Assembly (NCBI GenBank): GCA_019694795.1
Contig: JAIBBF010000001.1
Span: 2,370-66,369 of the forward strand
Source of the DNA: Flavobacteriales bacterium
GTDB taxonomy: Bacteria > Bacteroidota > Bacteroidia > Flavobacteriales_D > UBA2798
Length of the DNA stretch: 64,000 bases
Direction of reading: 5' to 3'
Below the pieces are notes generated by a model. The model was not told where the DNA came from. It did no database searches and was given only the letters and a program-made list of their open reading frames with translations. How positions within the stretch are numbered: position 1 is the first letter of the stretch; every line of letters begins with the position of its first letter. Shown here one piece after another: positions 48,174 through 57,044 of the stretch. The translations under genes and the position numbers were made by a program.

Positions 48174-49106
48174 ATGAAAATGATGACGATGAAAAAATAT
48201 TTATTTGTTTGGGCAGTACTGCTTTCACCTTTATTGGTGAATGCTCAGCAGGATGCCATCTACTCGCAATACATGTTTAATCCTTTTGCGATTAACCCCG
48301 CCTATGCCGGAAGTCGTGATGCATTGAGCGGCGTATTGTTAATGCGTGAGCAATGGAGAGGTATTGAGGGCGCACCTTCAACTCAAACGTTCAGTTTGCA
48401 TTCCCCGATTGGCGGTAATAAAATGGCTCTGGGATTAAATTTATTTAACGACGGAGTGGGTCCCACAAAAAACACCGGAGCACTGGCTTCTTATGCTTAT
48501 CACTTACGCTTAGGTAAATTAAAATTATCCTTCGGAATTCGTGGGGGGATTTTTAATTCACGGTTGGACCGTTCTAAATTAAACTATCAAAATCAGGCAG
48601 ACCGTTTTAACAATACTGGAACCGTAAATACCATTGTCCCCACATTTGATTTCGGATCTTATCTCTATTCAAAACGATTTTTTGCCGGGCTTTCTGTCTC
48701 TCATTTACTGGAAAACCAAATCAACTATCCCAACTTTCCGAGCGATGCTTATGTCGTTATGCGCAGGCACTTCATGTTCACTTCAGGAGCCGCTCTTCCA
48801 TTGGGGAAAAACACAGTTATTAAGCCTTCCATCCTGGTTAAATACGTTGAAAATGCTCCTGTAAATTTCGATATCAACACGAGTTTTCTTTTCAATAAAG
48901 TGTTTTGGCTAGGTGCAAGTTACCGCAGTGGAAATGGAATAGTACTGATTACCGAATATAACATTACCGATTTTATTCGCATTGGTTATTCGTACGATAT
49001 TGTTATGAATCCATTGAAGCAATTCACAACCGGAACACATGAAATCATGGCCGGTTTTGATTTAAACCTCAAAAAAACCAAATCAGTTTCTCCACGATAT
49101 CTATAA
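48174..49106 (+). CDS. PorP/SprF family type IX secretion system membrane protein.
   Basis: A signal peptide is followed by the hallmark AQQDAIYSQYMFNPFAINPAYAGSRD. The protein is 310 aa and beta-barrel-like. The gene lies immediately downstream of a type-B cargo gene. Confidence 0.85.
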   Translation: MKMMTMKKYLFVWAVLLSPLLVNAQQDAIYSQYMFNPFAINPAYAGSRDALSGVLLMREQWRGIEGAPSTQTFSLHSPIGGNKMALGLNLFNDGVGPTKNTGALASYAYHLRLGKLKLSFGIRGGIFNSRLDRSKLNYQNQADRFNNTGTVNTIVPTFDFGSYLYSKRFFAGLSVSHLLENQINYPNFPSDAYVVMRRHFMFTSGAALPLGKNTVIKPSILVKYVENAPVNFDINTSFLFNKVFWLGASYRSGNGIVLITEYNITDFIRIGYSYDIVMNPLKQFTTGTHEIMAGFDLNLKKTKSVSPRYL

Positions 49107-51451
49107 TGGAAATTCAGATAAAAATGTTAAAACACCTCCTGCATATATTTTTCTTCAGTATTATCTGTTCTAATGCTATTGCACAACATGAAGCAATTCT
49201 GAACACCACTGTAGAAACGCATTACACCGTTAAAAAAATTAATGGATTGAATTCTACCTACAGCGAATTTAGTCCTGTGGTATATGGCGACATTTTACTC
49301 TTTACTTCCGATCGCGATTTTGATTACCTGAATTGGGGAGAAAACCGTTGGAAGAAAAGAAAATTTTTAAATGTATTCAGCGCCAAAATAAAATCACTCG
49401 AATCCGACAGTGCAATTGTTAGTCCTGCCTTTTTATATTCCAAGGAGCTCGAAAATTTTAATCATACAGGTCCTGTTGCCATTTCTCCGGATGGAAATTT
49501 GTTGGTTTTTACGCAAGTAGCAAGGGAAAAACATAAATTGAACAAGCCGCAACTTTATTACATGGAAAAATCGAATGGCAAATGGGGAAATAAACAACTG
49601 TTCTCCTTTTGTGATCCAGAATTTTCGTTTGGTCACCCTGCTTTCAGCGCCGATGGAAAACGTCTTTTTTTCTCATCCGATATGAAAGGAAGTATGGGCG
49701 GAAAGGATGTTTTCTATGTGGAAAAAACAACTGAAAACTGGAGCGCTCCTGTTAATCCGGGATCAATGATCAATAGCAGCGGCGATGAAGTTTTTCCATA
49801 CGTTCACCAAAATGCATTGTATTTTTCTTCCTCATCACAAGGTGGTGAAGGTGGTTTGGATTTGTTTAAATCTTATTTCAGGGATTCCCTTTTTACCAAG
49901 GCAGAAAATCTGGGAAATGAAATCAACAGTAAAGGTGATGATTTTGGATTTTTTATTCTCCCCAATAGAAAAGGAGGATTTTTCTCTTCTAACCGTGAAG
50001 GTGGAAAAGGTGACGATGATATTTATTACGTAAAAATTGAAGAAACCGCAGTGGTTGGCTCTAAAGATATCGTGGGCCGGTTTAGCTACCGCACCCTCAA
50101 TTCGGGAACGGAAGGTCTGGATGTTTTGCTGATTGACGATAATGGTGAAATTGTTATGCGAACCAAAACCGATAACAAAGGAGAATTTGCATTCCGTAAT
50201 TTACCTGCCAATGAAAATTACTCGATTCGCGTAATAAATCCGGATCCTGATCTGAAACTGGAAATTATCGACCGTGACGGTGTTGCCGTTGCCGTTTTAA
50301 GAAGTGATCAGAATGGAACCTTTGTGTACAAGAAACTGGATCCTGCTCTCAGTGGTACGCTTTCCCTTATGGAAATTGAAGAAACTGAACTGGGGAAAAA
50401 ATCGGGTCGACTCTCGGGTCAGTTTATTTTCGAAAAATTACCCGGCGTATATCCCGATGGATTAAATGTATATCTGGTCGACGATCAGGGCAATGTTGTT
50501 CACAGATCTAAAACCGATAACTATGGTAATTTCACGTTCCGCGAATTAGATCTTGGTAAAAATTACATTTTAAAAACAGATAGCACAGGTGAAGATGTCA
50601 TTCTTCTGATCTATAACAAATCTGAAAATGTAACTGCAGAATTAAGAAGGAATTCAAACGGTGAATATGTCTTCCGCAAACTTACACCTGAAGCGGCGGG
50701 ATTGCGGTTCATGGAAATATCCGATGATACCAGCATGCTGGCCAAACCAACGGTATCGCTGGCCGGGCAATTCCGGTATAGAAATTTAGATGGAAGTCCT
50801 TCCAACATGAACTTTGTGATTATCGACGACAAGGGCAACGTTCTATACAAGGGAAGCACGGACGAAAAAGGATTTTTCCGTGTAAGAAATCTGAAAATTG
50901 CAGAAGAATACATTTTCCAGATTGATCCGAATGATCCGAATTTTGAGAAAAAATTAATTCTCGATTTATACAATCGCACCGGAAGGTCGCTGGCGATGCT
51001 GGAAAACGATAAAACCGGAAGATTTACTTATAAACGCCTCAAGCAGGAGTTTTCCTATTTGCAGGAAATTTCCACCACCGACATGGAGTTTCTGGAGAAG
51101 GTCCCCAATATCTATTTCGAGAAAAACCATTCCGATTTAAGTGCCGACTCCAAAAAAACGCTGGACAAAGTGTTCCTGATTATGACCAAGCATAAAAAAC
51201 TGAAACTCCAGATTAGCGGATATGCAGATTCGAGGTATAATGAGGACTTTAACCTGGCTCTTTCTGCCCAACGCGCAAAAGCCGCAAAAGCCTATTTGGT
51301 TTCCAAGGGTATTTCAGCTTCACGTATCAATGTTCAATCTTACGGAGAATCCCGCCTGGTTAATGGCTGTAGCGATGGGGTTGATTGCGAGGAAGAGCAA
51401 CACCGGATGAACCGCAGATGCGAATTCCGACTGGAACAATCGTCCAAATAA
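49106..51451 (+). CDS. OmpA family protein with TolB-like (PD40) repeats and three ~125-aa internal repeats.
   Basis: PD40-like segments include EFSPVVYGDILLFTSDRD and HPAFSADGKRLFFSSD. Three paralogous modules are present (GRFSYRTLN..., GQFIFEKLP..., GQFRYRNLD...). The C-terminal OmpA domain reads LQISGYADSRYNEDFNLALSAQRAKAAKAYLVSKGI. TAATG overlap with the PorP/SprF gene. Confidence 0.8.
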   Translation: MEIQIKMLKHLLHIFFFSIICSNAIAQHEAILNTTVETHYTVKKINGLNSTYSEFSPVVYGDILLFTSDRDFDYLNWGENRWKKRKFLNVFSAKIKSLESDSAIVSPAFLYSKELENFNHTGPVAISPDGNLLVFTQVAREKHKLNKPQLYYMEKSNGKWGNKQLFSFCDPEFSFGHPAFSADGKRLFFSSDMKGSMGGKDVFYVEKTTENWSAPVNPGSMINSSGDEVFPYVHQNALYFSSSSQGGEGGLDLFKSYFRDSLFTKAENLGNEINSKGDDFGFFILPNRKGGFFSSNREGGKGDDDIYYVKIEETAVVGSKDIVGRFSYRTLNSGTEGLDVLLIDDNGEIVMRTKTDNKGEFAFRNLPANENYSIRVINPDPDLKLEIIDRDGVAVAVLRSDQNGTFVYKKLDPALSGTLSLMEIEETELGKKSGRLSGQFIFEKLPGVYPDGLNVYLVDDQGNVVHRSKTDNYGNFTFRELDLGKNYILKTDSTGEDVILLIYNKSENVTAELRRNSNGEYVFRKLTPEAAGLRFMEISDDTSMLAKPTVSLAGQFRYRNLDGSPSNMNFVIIDDKGNVLYKGSTDEKGFFRVRNLKIAEEYIFQIDPNDPNFEKKLILDLYNRTGRSLAMLENDKTGRFTYKRLKQEFSYLQEISTTDMEFLEKVPNIYFEKNHSDLSADSKKTLDKVFLIMTKHKKLKLQISGYADSRYNEDFNLALSAQRAKAAKAYLVSKGISASRINVQSYGESRLVNGCSDGVDCEEEQHRMNRRCEFRLEQSSK

Positions 51452-51515
51452 TTGTTAATACCATTGTAAAAAATTATTTCACCCTTCGGGTGAAGGCTTC
51501 GCTTTCTTACTAATT

Positions 51516-53036
51516 TTGAGTATTGCAAGTCCAAACCCGGTGGAGAATTATAGTCCTTCCAAAGTCTTATTATTTATCCTCATAACCCTTTCCTCGTTAT
51601 TGGGTTTAATGTTTGTTTTCCCTAAAGAAGGAATCAGTCTCGGAAATGATTATGCCCTAAAATATCCAAGTTGGGATAAGTTCATCCACACGAAAAAAAA
51701 GGAAAAGAAAAAGATCGATAACATCCTTAATCGTCTCGACACTTCCTTAATGGCCAGGGAACCCGTAGATACTTTTATTCGTCACGATAACAACATCGGC
51801 TCTGAATTGGGCGCTCCCACCGATACGGCAGAGGTAACGCTTAACGCGGGGGGGATAGCGCGTTTGGAATTCGGGAAGAATAGTCCGTCTATTTTAAATC
51901 CCATTTTTGAAAAACTAAATCAGGTAAGCGCCAATAAAAAAACGGTACGCATCATTCACTACGGCGATTCACAAATTGAAGGCGACCGTATAACAGGGTA
52001 TTTCCGTCAGAAATTACAAGCCAAATTCGGAGGTTATGGTCCTGGAATGATACCTGCATTTAATCAATACCATACCCTTTCTTTTGTTCAAACCGTATCT
52101 CCCAATTTTAAGCGCTTCACCATTTTTGGTGAGGTGAGTAAATCTGTAAAACATAAAAAATACGGATCTATGGGCTCCTTTGCACGATTTACAAAAATTG
52201 TAGAGGATTCGCTCATTTCCTTGCAGGAAGTACAAGAGGGCTGGATTGAAATTGGTTTTCATAAACAAGCCTATGGCAACTCCAGAACTTTTAATTCGGT
52301 TCGACTTTTTTACGGCAATTGCAAATCGCATACCGACATGCAAGTGTTTAACAATGGAGAACTGATTCATGAAGACACCTTGAATCCTGATCAAAACTAT
52401 CATGTTATTGAACTGAAATTCGATCAAACACCTGAGAAATTAAAATACGTGTTCAAAGGAAAAGACTCGCCCGATTTTTATGGTTTTTCATTGGATGGTT
52501 CCTATGGGGTAGCAGTCGACAATGTGGCTATGCGAGGTGGTTCAGGAACATTTTTTGGAAAGGTTGATCAATCTTTAATGAGCAGAATGTATGCGGATCT
52601 TGATGTGGAAATGTTCATCATGCAGTTTGGAGGTAATTCCATGCCTTATCTAAAAGATGCTGCTGCCTCGAAACAATATGCCAATTATTTTAAATCGAAT
52701 TTATACACCCTTAAAAAATTAAAACCGAACGCCGTTATCATCGTAATTGGACCATCGGATATGTCGACCAAAATTGATGGCGAATACCAAAGCTATCCTT
52801 TGCTTACTACACTCATTGCCGATATGAAACAAGCCTCCTTTGACGCCGGAGCTGCCTACTGGGATATTTACTCGGCCATGGGAGGAGAAAATTCGATGTT
52901 GACCTGGGTTGAAAAAGACCTAGCTGGTCCTGACTACACGCACTTCACACCTTCTGGCGCAAGATTTGTTGCTGAAATGTTTTACGAAGCATTTTTATTC
53001 GAATACCAGCAATATCAGAAAGGAGTGAAACCGTGA
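51516..53036 (+). CDS. SGNH/GDSL-like hydrolase or acyltransferase, membrane-anchored.
   Basis: TTG start. TM helix VLLFILITLSSLLGLMFVF. Block I is IIHYGDSQIEGD. Block V is DYTHFTPSGARF. Confidence 0.7.
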   Translation: MSIASPNPVENYSPSKVLLFILITLSSLLGLMFVFPKEGISLGNDYALKYPSWDKFIHTKKKEKKKIDNILNRLDTSLMAREPVDTFIRHDNNIGSELGAPTDTAEVTLNAGGIARLEFGKNSPSILNPIFEKLNQVSANKKTVRIIHYGDSQIEGDRITGYFRQKLQAKFGGYGPGMIPAFNQYHTLSFVQTVSPNFKRFTIFGEVSKSVKHKKYGSMGSFARFTKIVEDSLISLQEVQEGWIEIGFHKQAYGNSRTFNSVRLFYGNCKSHTDMQVFNNGELIHEDTLNPDQNYHVIELKFDQTPEKLKYVFKGKDSPDFYGFSLDGSYGVAVDNVAMRGGSGTFFGKVDQSLMSRMYADLDVEMFIMQFGGNSMPYLKDAAASKQYANYFKSNLYTLKKLKPNAVIIVIGPSDMSTKIDGEYQSYPLLTTLIADMKQASFDAGAAYWDIYSAMGGENSMLTWVEKDLAGPDYTHFTPSGARFVAEMFYEAFLFEYQQYQKGVKP

Positions 53037-54331
53037 GGAAGATTTTTTTCGTTTTTAGTTTGTTATTTGTTTCAATCACAAGTGAAGCGCAATACGATGA
53101 TGATATGGATGCAGATACCCTGATGGGTATTATTGACACTTCAATTATCAATAAATACAAGTTCATTCACTACGCACATAATAAATTTTATTTTCCATCG
53201 GAGGAGAGTCCCAACTTCGAATACTTCTACTCAAAATTCGACAGTCTGATTAACCGCAGAAAAGGTCAAGTTGTGGTTTATCACATGGGAGGAAGCCATA
53301 TTCAGGCCGATGTTTACTCCAATAAAATGCGCACCTGGATGAACAGTTACTGGCCCGGATTAAAAGGTGCAAGAGGACTCGTTTTCCCTTATACCATTGC
53401 AGGGACAAACAATCCTTACAATTACAAATCGGAAGGGACCGGCGAATGGACATCCCTTCGTTGTGTGCAGCGAAAAGATACAAGTCGTTTAGGTATTGAA
53501 GGAATTTCAATTAGTTGCAAAGACACCATTTCTTCGATTAAAATTTATTACCGCGAAAAAGAACCCATGCCTTACCGGCACGACCGATTCAGGATTTACC
53601 ACAATATGAATCCATCGTTTATGGTTGAGTTTGGATATCCCTCCATTGTGAAATCGGTAACGAAAGACAGCTTAAGAGGATTTACGGAATTTAATCTGAG
53701 CATGGAATTTGATACCGCATTTTTTGTGATCACCAGAGTGAAATCAGATACTTCCTCCTTTACCTGCTACGGCGTAGAAATGATGAATAAACAACCCGGT
53801 GTAATCTACAATTCAATCGGAGTAAACGGAGCAGCCTTGCCCAATTATTTGCGTTGTCAGGATTGGGAAATGCAATTAAAAAATTTGCCACCCGATTTAT
53901 TTATTCTTAGTGTGGGTACCAATGATGCAAATGTGCCCGATGGAGAATTTGATACGCTTGCTTATTTTAGAAATTACGAAGAGATTACAAAAAAAATATT
54001 GAGGGCAAATCCCAATTGCGCTATTTTATATACTGTTCCCAATGATGCTTATTATTATAAAAAACACCCCAACAGAAATGTTGCATTAACCCGTAATGTA
54101 ATTATTGACCTGAGTAAAAAATACAATATGGGATTTTGGGATGTATATGGAATGATGGGTGGGCTCGGCTCTTCGAATACCTGGTACAAGGCAGACCTTA
54201 TGCATAAAGACCGCATTCACTTTACATGGGATGGCTACTTGTTAAAGGGAGATTTATTTTTTGAAGCCTTTCTAAAGTACCTCGATGAATACGAGTACAA
54301 GCGATTGGTAAAACTTACAAACGAAAAGTAA
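53033..54331 (+). CDS. SGNH/GDSL-like hydrolase paralogue (variant block I).
   Basis: 4-nt overlap with the upstream gene. Signal peptide. Motifs VVVYHMGGSHIQADV, ILSVGTNDA and DRIHFTWDGY. Confidence 0.65.
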   Translation: MRKIFFVFSLLFVSITSEAQYDDDMDADTLMGIIDTSIINKYKFIHYAHNKFYFPSEESPNFEYFYSKFDSLINRRKGQVVVYHMGGSHIQADVYSNKMRTWMNSYWPGLKGARGLVFPYTIAGTNNPYNYKSEGTGEWTSLRCVQRKDTSRLGIEGISISCKDTISSIKIYYREKEPMPYRHDRFRIYHNMNPSFMVEFGYPSIVKSVTKDSLRGFTEFNLSMEFDTAFFVITRVKSDTSSFTCYGVEMMNKQPGVIYNSIGVNGAALPNYLRCQDWEMQLKNLPPDLFILSVGTNDANVPDGEFDTLAYFRNYEEITKKILRANPNCAILYTVPNDAYYYKKHPNRNVALTRNVIIDLSKKYNMGFWDVYGMMGGLGSSNTWYKADLMHKDRIHFTWDGYLLKGDLFFEAFLKYLDEYEYKRLVKLTNEK

Positions 54332-56106
54332 TGGAACGTCTGGAAGAATTATTTACCGCATTTCCGAGCTTCACATGTGAAGAACTGGGAAAACAGGCGA
54401 ATGATTTTTCGAAAGTCCAAACCGCACCCATTACTTTTACCCAGGCCAATTTCTGGATTTTCTTTTTATTGGTTTATGGTGTTTTCACCCTCGTGTACAA
54501 ACGAAACCAACTCAGAACATTATTTCTGCTTCTGGTGAGTTGCTTCTTTTATGTTAAAACCAGCGGACTCTTTTTAATTATCCTCGTTTTCTCTACCCTA
54601 CTCGATTACAACGTTGGGAATGCCATATTTAAAAGTGATAATCAACGAAAACGAAAGACCTTGCTATTTATCAGCATGTTTTTGAATTTGTTTGTTCTCG
54701 CATACTTTAAATACGCCTTTTTTTTCACGGAATCGTTCAACTCACTTTTTTCCACTCAATACGAATTCTTTAATCATTTCTCCTATTGGACCAATAGTTT
54801 CTGGGGAAGTGAATTATTGTGCGTAGATAAAATTATTTTACCGGTTGGAATTTCATTTTATACATTCCAAACGATGAGTTACACCATCGATATATATCGA
54901 AGGGAACTGCATCCGGTAAAAAACATTATTGATTTTGGATTCTTTGTAAGTTTCTTTCCGCAATTGGTGGCAGGACCTATTGTACGTGCCAAGGATTTTA
55001 TTCCTCAAATGTACGAGCCCTTTAAATTAACAAAGCATGAATTTGGATGGTCCTTGTTTCAGATTTTAAAAGGTCTCACAAAAAAAATAGTTGTAGCCGA
55101 TTTTTTAGGTGGCAATTTTATCGATCACACCTTTCAAAATCCTGATAATTTTCCGGGATTTGTTTTGGTAGTAGCCATGTGGGCCTATTCCATGCAAATC
55201 TATGGCGACTTCAGCGGTTATACCGATATCGCCATTGGTATTTCCAAACTACTCGGGTTCCAGCTGAATATCAATTTTAATTCACCCTACAAAGCAGTTA
55301 GTGTTGCCGATTTTTGGCGCAGATGGCATATTTCATTATCAAGTTTTTTACGCGATTATCTATATATTCCATTGGGAGGAAATAAAAAAGCGAGTTTTAT
55401 ATCTTATTTGTTTGTCCCGCTGATCGTATTCTTTTTAAGCGGACTCATCAACTATTACTGGTCGCCCGGAATTACCATCGGCGAAACATTTTACGCTCTC
55501 GATTTTTGGGTGTTGAGTTTATTATTATTACTGGCCATATTGTCGCTGATGCTCATTGAATCTGTCAGAAATTTTATGAATACCGACATCAATTTACTCA
55601 TTACGATGCTGCTTGGCGGATTATGGCATGGAGCGAGTATGAAGTTTATTATATGGGGAGGATTAAACGGATTAGCATTGGTGATTTACAAATACTGGAA
55701 GCGCGTTTCTCCCTATGAAAAATCGAATTTCTTCCTGGTTCATTTCTGGAAAATATTTTTCACGTTTAATTTTATCACCTTCACCCGGATATTTTTCCGT
55801 GCAACCGACATGGATAATGCCAACTTTTACCTGAACAGGATCTGGAATAATTTCGGATTATTTACTGCAGAAGGATTTAACTCCGCAGCATGGAATCTGA
55901 TGGTGACAAGCTATTGGGCGGTATTAATAATTATGATTATTGCTTATATCATTCACTGGTTATCGGGTTCGTTCAAGGAAAAGGTATTGGAGAAATTCGT
56001 TAACCTTTCCATGGCGGCACAAATTATTATAACCTTTATTTCATCGGTACTAATTTATCAGATCGCTTCTTCGAACAATTCTGTTTTCATTTATTTTCAA
56101 TTTTAA
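54331..56106 (+). CDS. MBOAT family O-acyltransferase (AlgI/PatA-like), copy 2.
   Basis: TAATG overlap with the upstream gene. Motifs FPQLVAGPIVRA, FWRRWHISLSSFLRDYLYIPLGGNKK and GLWHGASMKFIIWG. The C-terminus is FIYFQF. Confidence 0.85.
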   Translation: MERLEELFTAFPSFTCEELGKQANDFSKVQTAPITFTQANFWIFFLLVYGVFTLVYKRNQLRTLFLLLVSCFFYVKTSGLFLIILVFSTLLDYNVGNAIFKSDNQRKRKTLLFISMFLNLFVLAYFKYAFFFTESFNSLFSTQYEFFNHFSYWTNSFWGSELLCVDKIILPVGISFYTFQTMSYTIDIYRRELHPVKNIIDFGFFVSFFPQLVAGPIVRAKDFIPQMYEPFKLTKHEFGWSLFQILKGLTKKIVVADFLGGNFIDHTFQNPDNFPGFVLVVAMWAYSMQIYGDFSGYTDIAIGISKLLGFQLNINFNSPYKAVSVADFWRRWHISLSSFLRDYLYIPLGGNKKASFISYLFVPLIVFFLSGLINYYWSPGITIGETFYALDFWVLSLLLLLAILSLMLIESVRNFMNTDINLLITMLLGGLWHGASMKFIIWGGLNGLALVIYKYWKRVSPYEKSNFFLVHFWKIFFTFNFITFTRIFFRATDMDNANFYLNRIWNNFGLFTAEGFNSAAWNLMVTSYWAVLIIMIIAYIIHWLSGSFKEKVLEKFVNLSMAAQIIITFISSVLIYQIASSNNSVFIYFQF

Positions 56107-56109
56107 TCC

Positions 56110-56343
56110 ATGTTGCTTCACGAACAAAGCTGCAGTTCACAGGACGATTGCGATGCATTAATTGCCATGCTCCGCAACTTGAGAACCAATAATCAGATTA
56201 AAATTCTGGAAGGCTCGTTTGATCCGGATGCCTCATCCATTGTTGAATTATTATTCATCGAAAACGACTCGAAACAAAAATGGATTCTGGAAGGCGTTTA
56301 CGATCTCCGGGGAGGTTTAACGCTGCGGAAAGCCGATTTATAA
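56110..56343 (+). CDS. Small hypothetical protein (77 aa), 3 nt after MBOAT copy 2.
   Basis: ORF track. No motif recognised. Confidence 0.4.
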   Translation: MLLHEQSCSSQDDCDALIAMLRNLRTNNQIKILEGSFDPDASSIVELLFIENDSKQKWILEGVYDLRGGLTLRKADL

Positions 56344-57015
56344 TTCATACCCTAAATCCGACATCAAGGCATAGATTTCTCTTGGTGAAAAATAAAATTT
56401 CTCTTTTTTCTTTTTGTACGCCTCAGGCACACCTGCGTTGTTTTGCAATTGCGTTGCGAAATCATAACACTGCCAACCTAAGCCTCTCACAACGGTTATA
56501 CTGTCGGTGTAACGTTCATACTTCATTTTAAAATTTTCCTTTTTGTATCGGAAAGCATCCCCCAATAAGCTTCCGGCTTTTTGAACACGGTATTTCAACA
56601 AATGAGCTAATTCGTGTCCCAATACCCCTATTTGTGCATTGAACGTGAACTCATGAAATTGCGGGGAGGCGTGACTGCTGTCGCTATTGACATAAATAAC
56701 GTAACGCCGCTTTGATTTGGAACGAAACAAACTGGAAATTACCGTTGGACGAGCAGCCATTGTGCTGTTCAATTTTTTTTCCCGGATAGAAATTCGCAAT
56801 GAAATTAATTCCGGATACCGGCTCAGTGCATAATAAAACGCCAAACGGTATTTTGCAGGCACTTGTTTATTAGAACCATAAACCCGTTCCAGCGAATCAG
56901 CCATAAATCCCGCTTCAGTCTTGCTTACATTCATCGGTGCATTCCCCTGTTTCCCTTCACTTTGTGAATAAAACAACAACATACATAGGCTTATTGCTAG
57001 AAACTGTGCTTTCAT
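56338..57015 (-). CDS. Secreted hypothetical protein with an HExxH motif; putative zinc metallopeptidase.
   Basis: Signal peptide MKAQFLAISLCMLLFYSQS. The motif is GVLGHELAHLLKY. Confidence 0.5.
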   Translation of the reverse strand: MKAQFLAISLCMLLFYSQSEGKQGNAPMNVSKTEAGFMADSLERVYGSNKQVPAKYRLAFYYALSRYPELISLRISIREKKLNSTMAARPTVISSLFRSKSKRRYVIYVNSDSSHASPQFHEFTFNAQIGVLGHELAHLLKYRVQKAGSLLGDAFRYKKENFKMKYERYTDSITVVRGLGWQCYDFATQLQNNAGVPEAYKKKKEKFYFSPREIYALMSDLGYEL

Positions 57016-57044
57016 TTTTTAAATTTAAGGCAATAAAAACCAGA

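Noticed and set aside
51476-51495. A hairpin (ttcaccc ttcg ggtgaa) after the OmpA-family gene, considered as a possible terminator.
   Set aside because: The stem is short, no U-run follows, and the next gene starts 20 nt later. I did not call it as a terminator, so read-through into the SGNH-MBOAT operon remains possible.
41533-52427. Embedded ORFs in the M23, beta-barrel, adhesin-2, PorP, OmpA and SGNH genes (e.g. 41983..42303, 42239..42550, 43774..44178, 50611..50979, 52014..52427).
   Set aside because: They are antisense or out of frame relative to genes with clear domain signatures. The adhesin-2 cases again reflect repeat composition.
56937-57044. An N-terminal extension of the M28 peptidase ORF.
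   Set aside because: It overlaps the start of the opposite-strand gene 56338..57015. The ATG at 57045 yields a canonical signal peptide.
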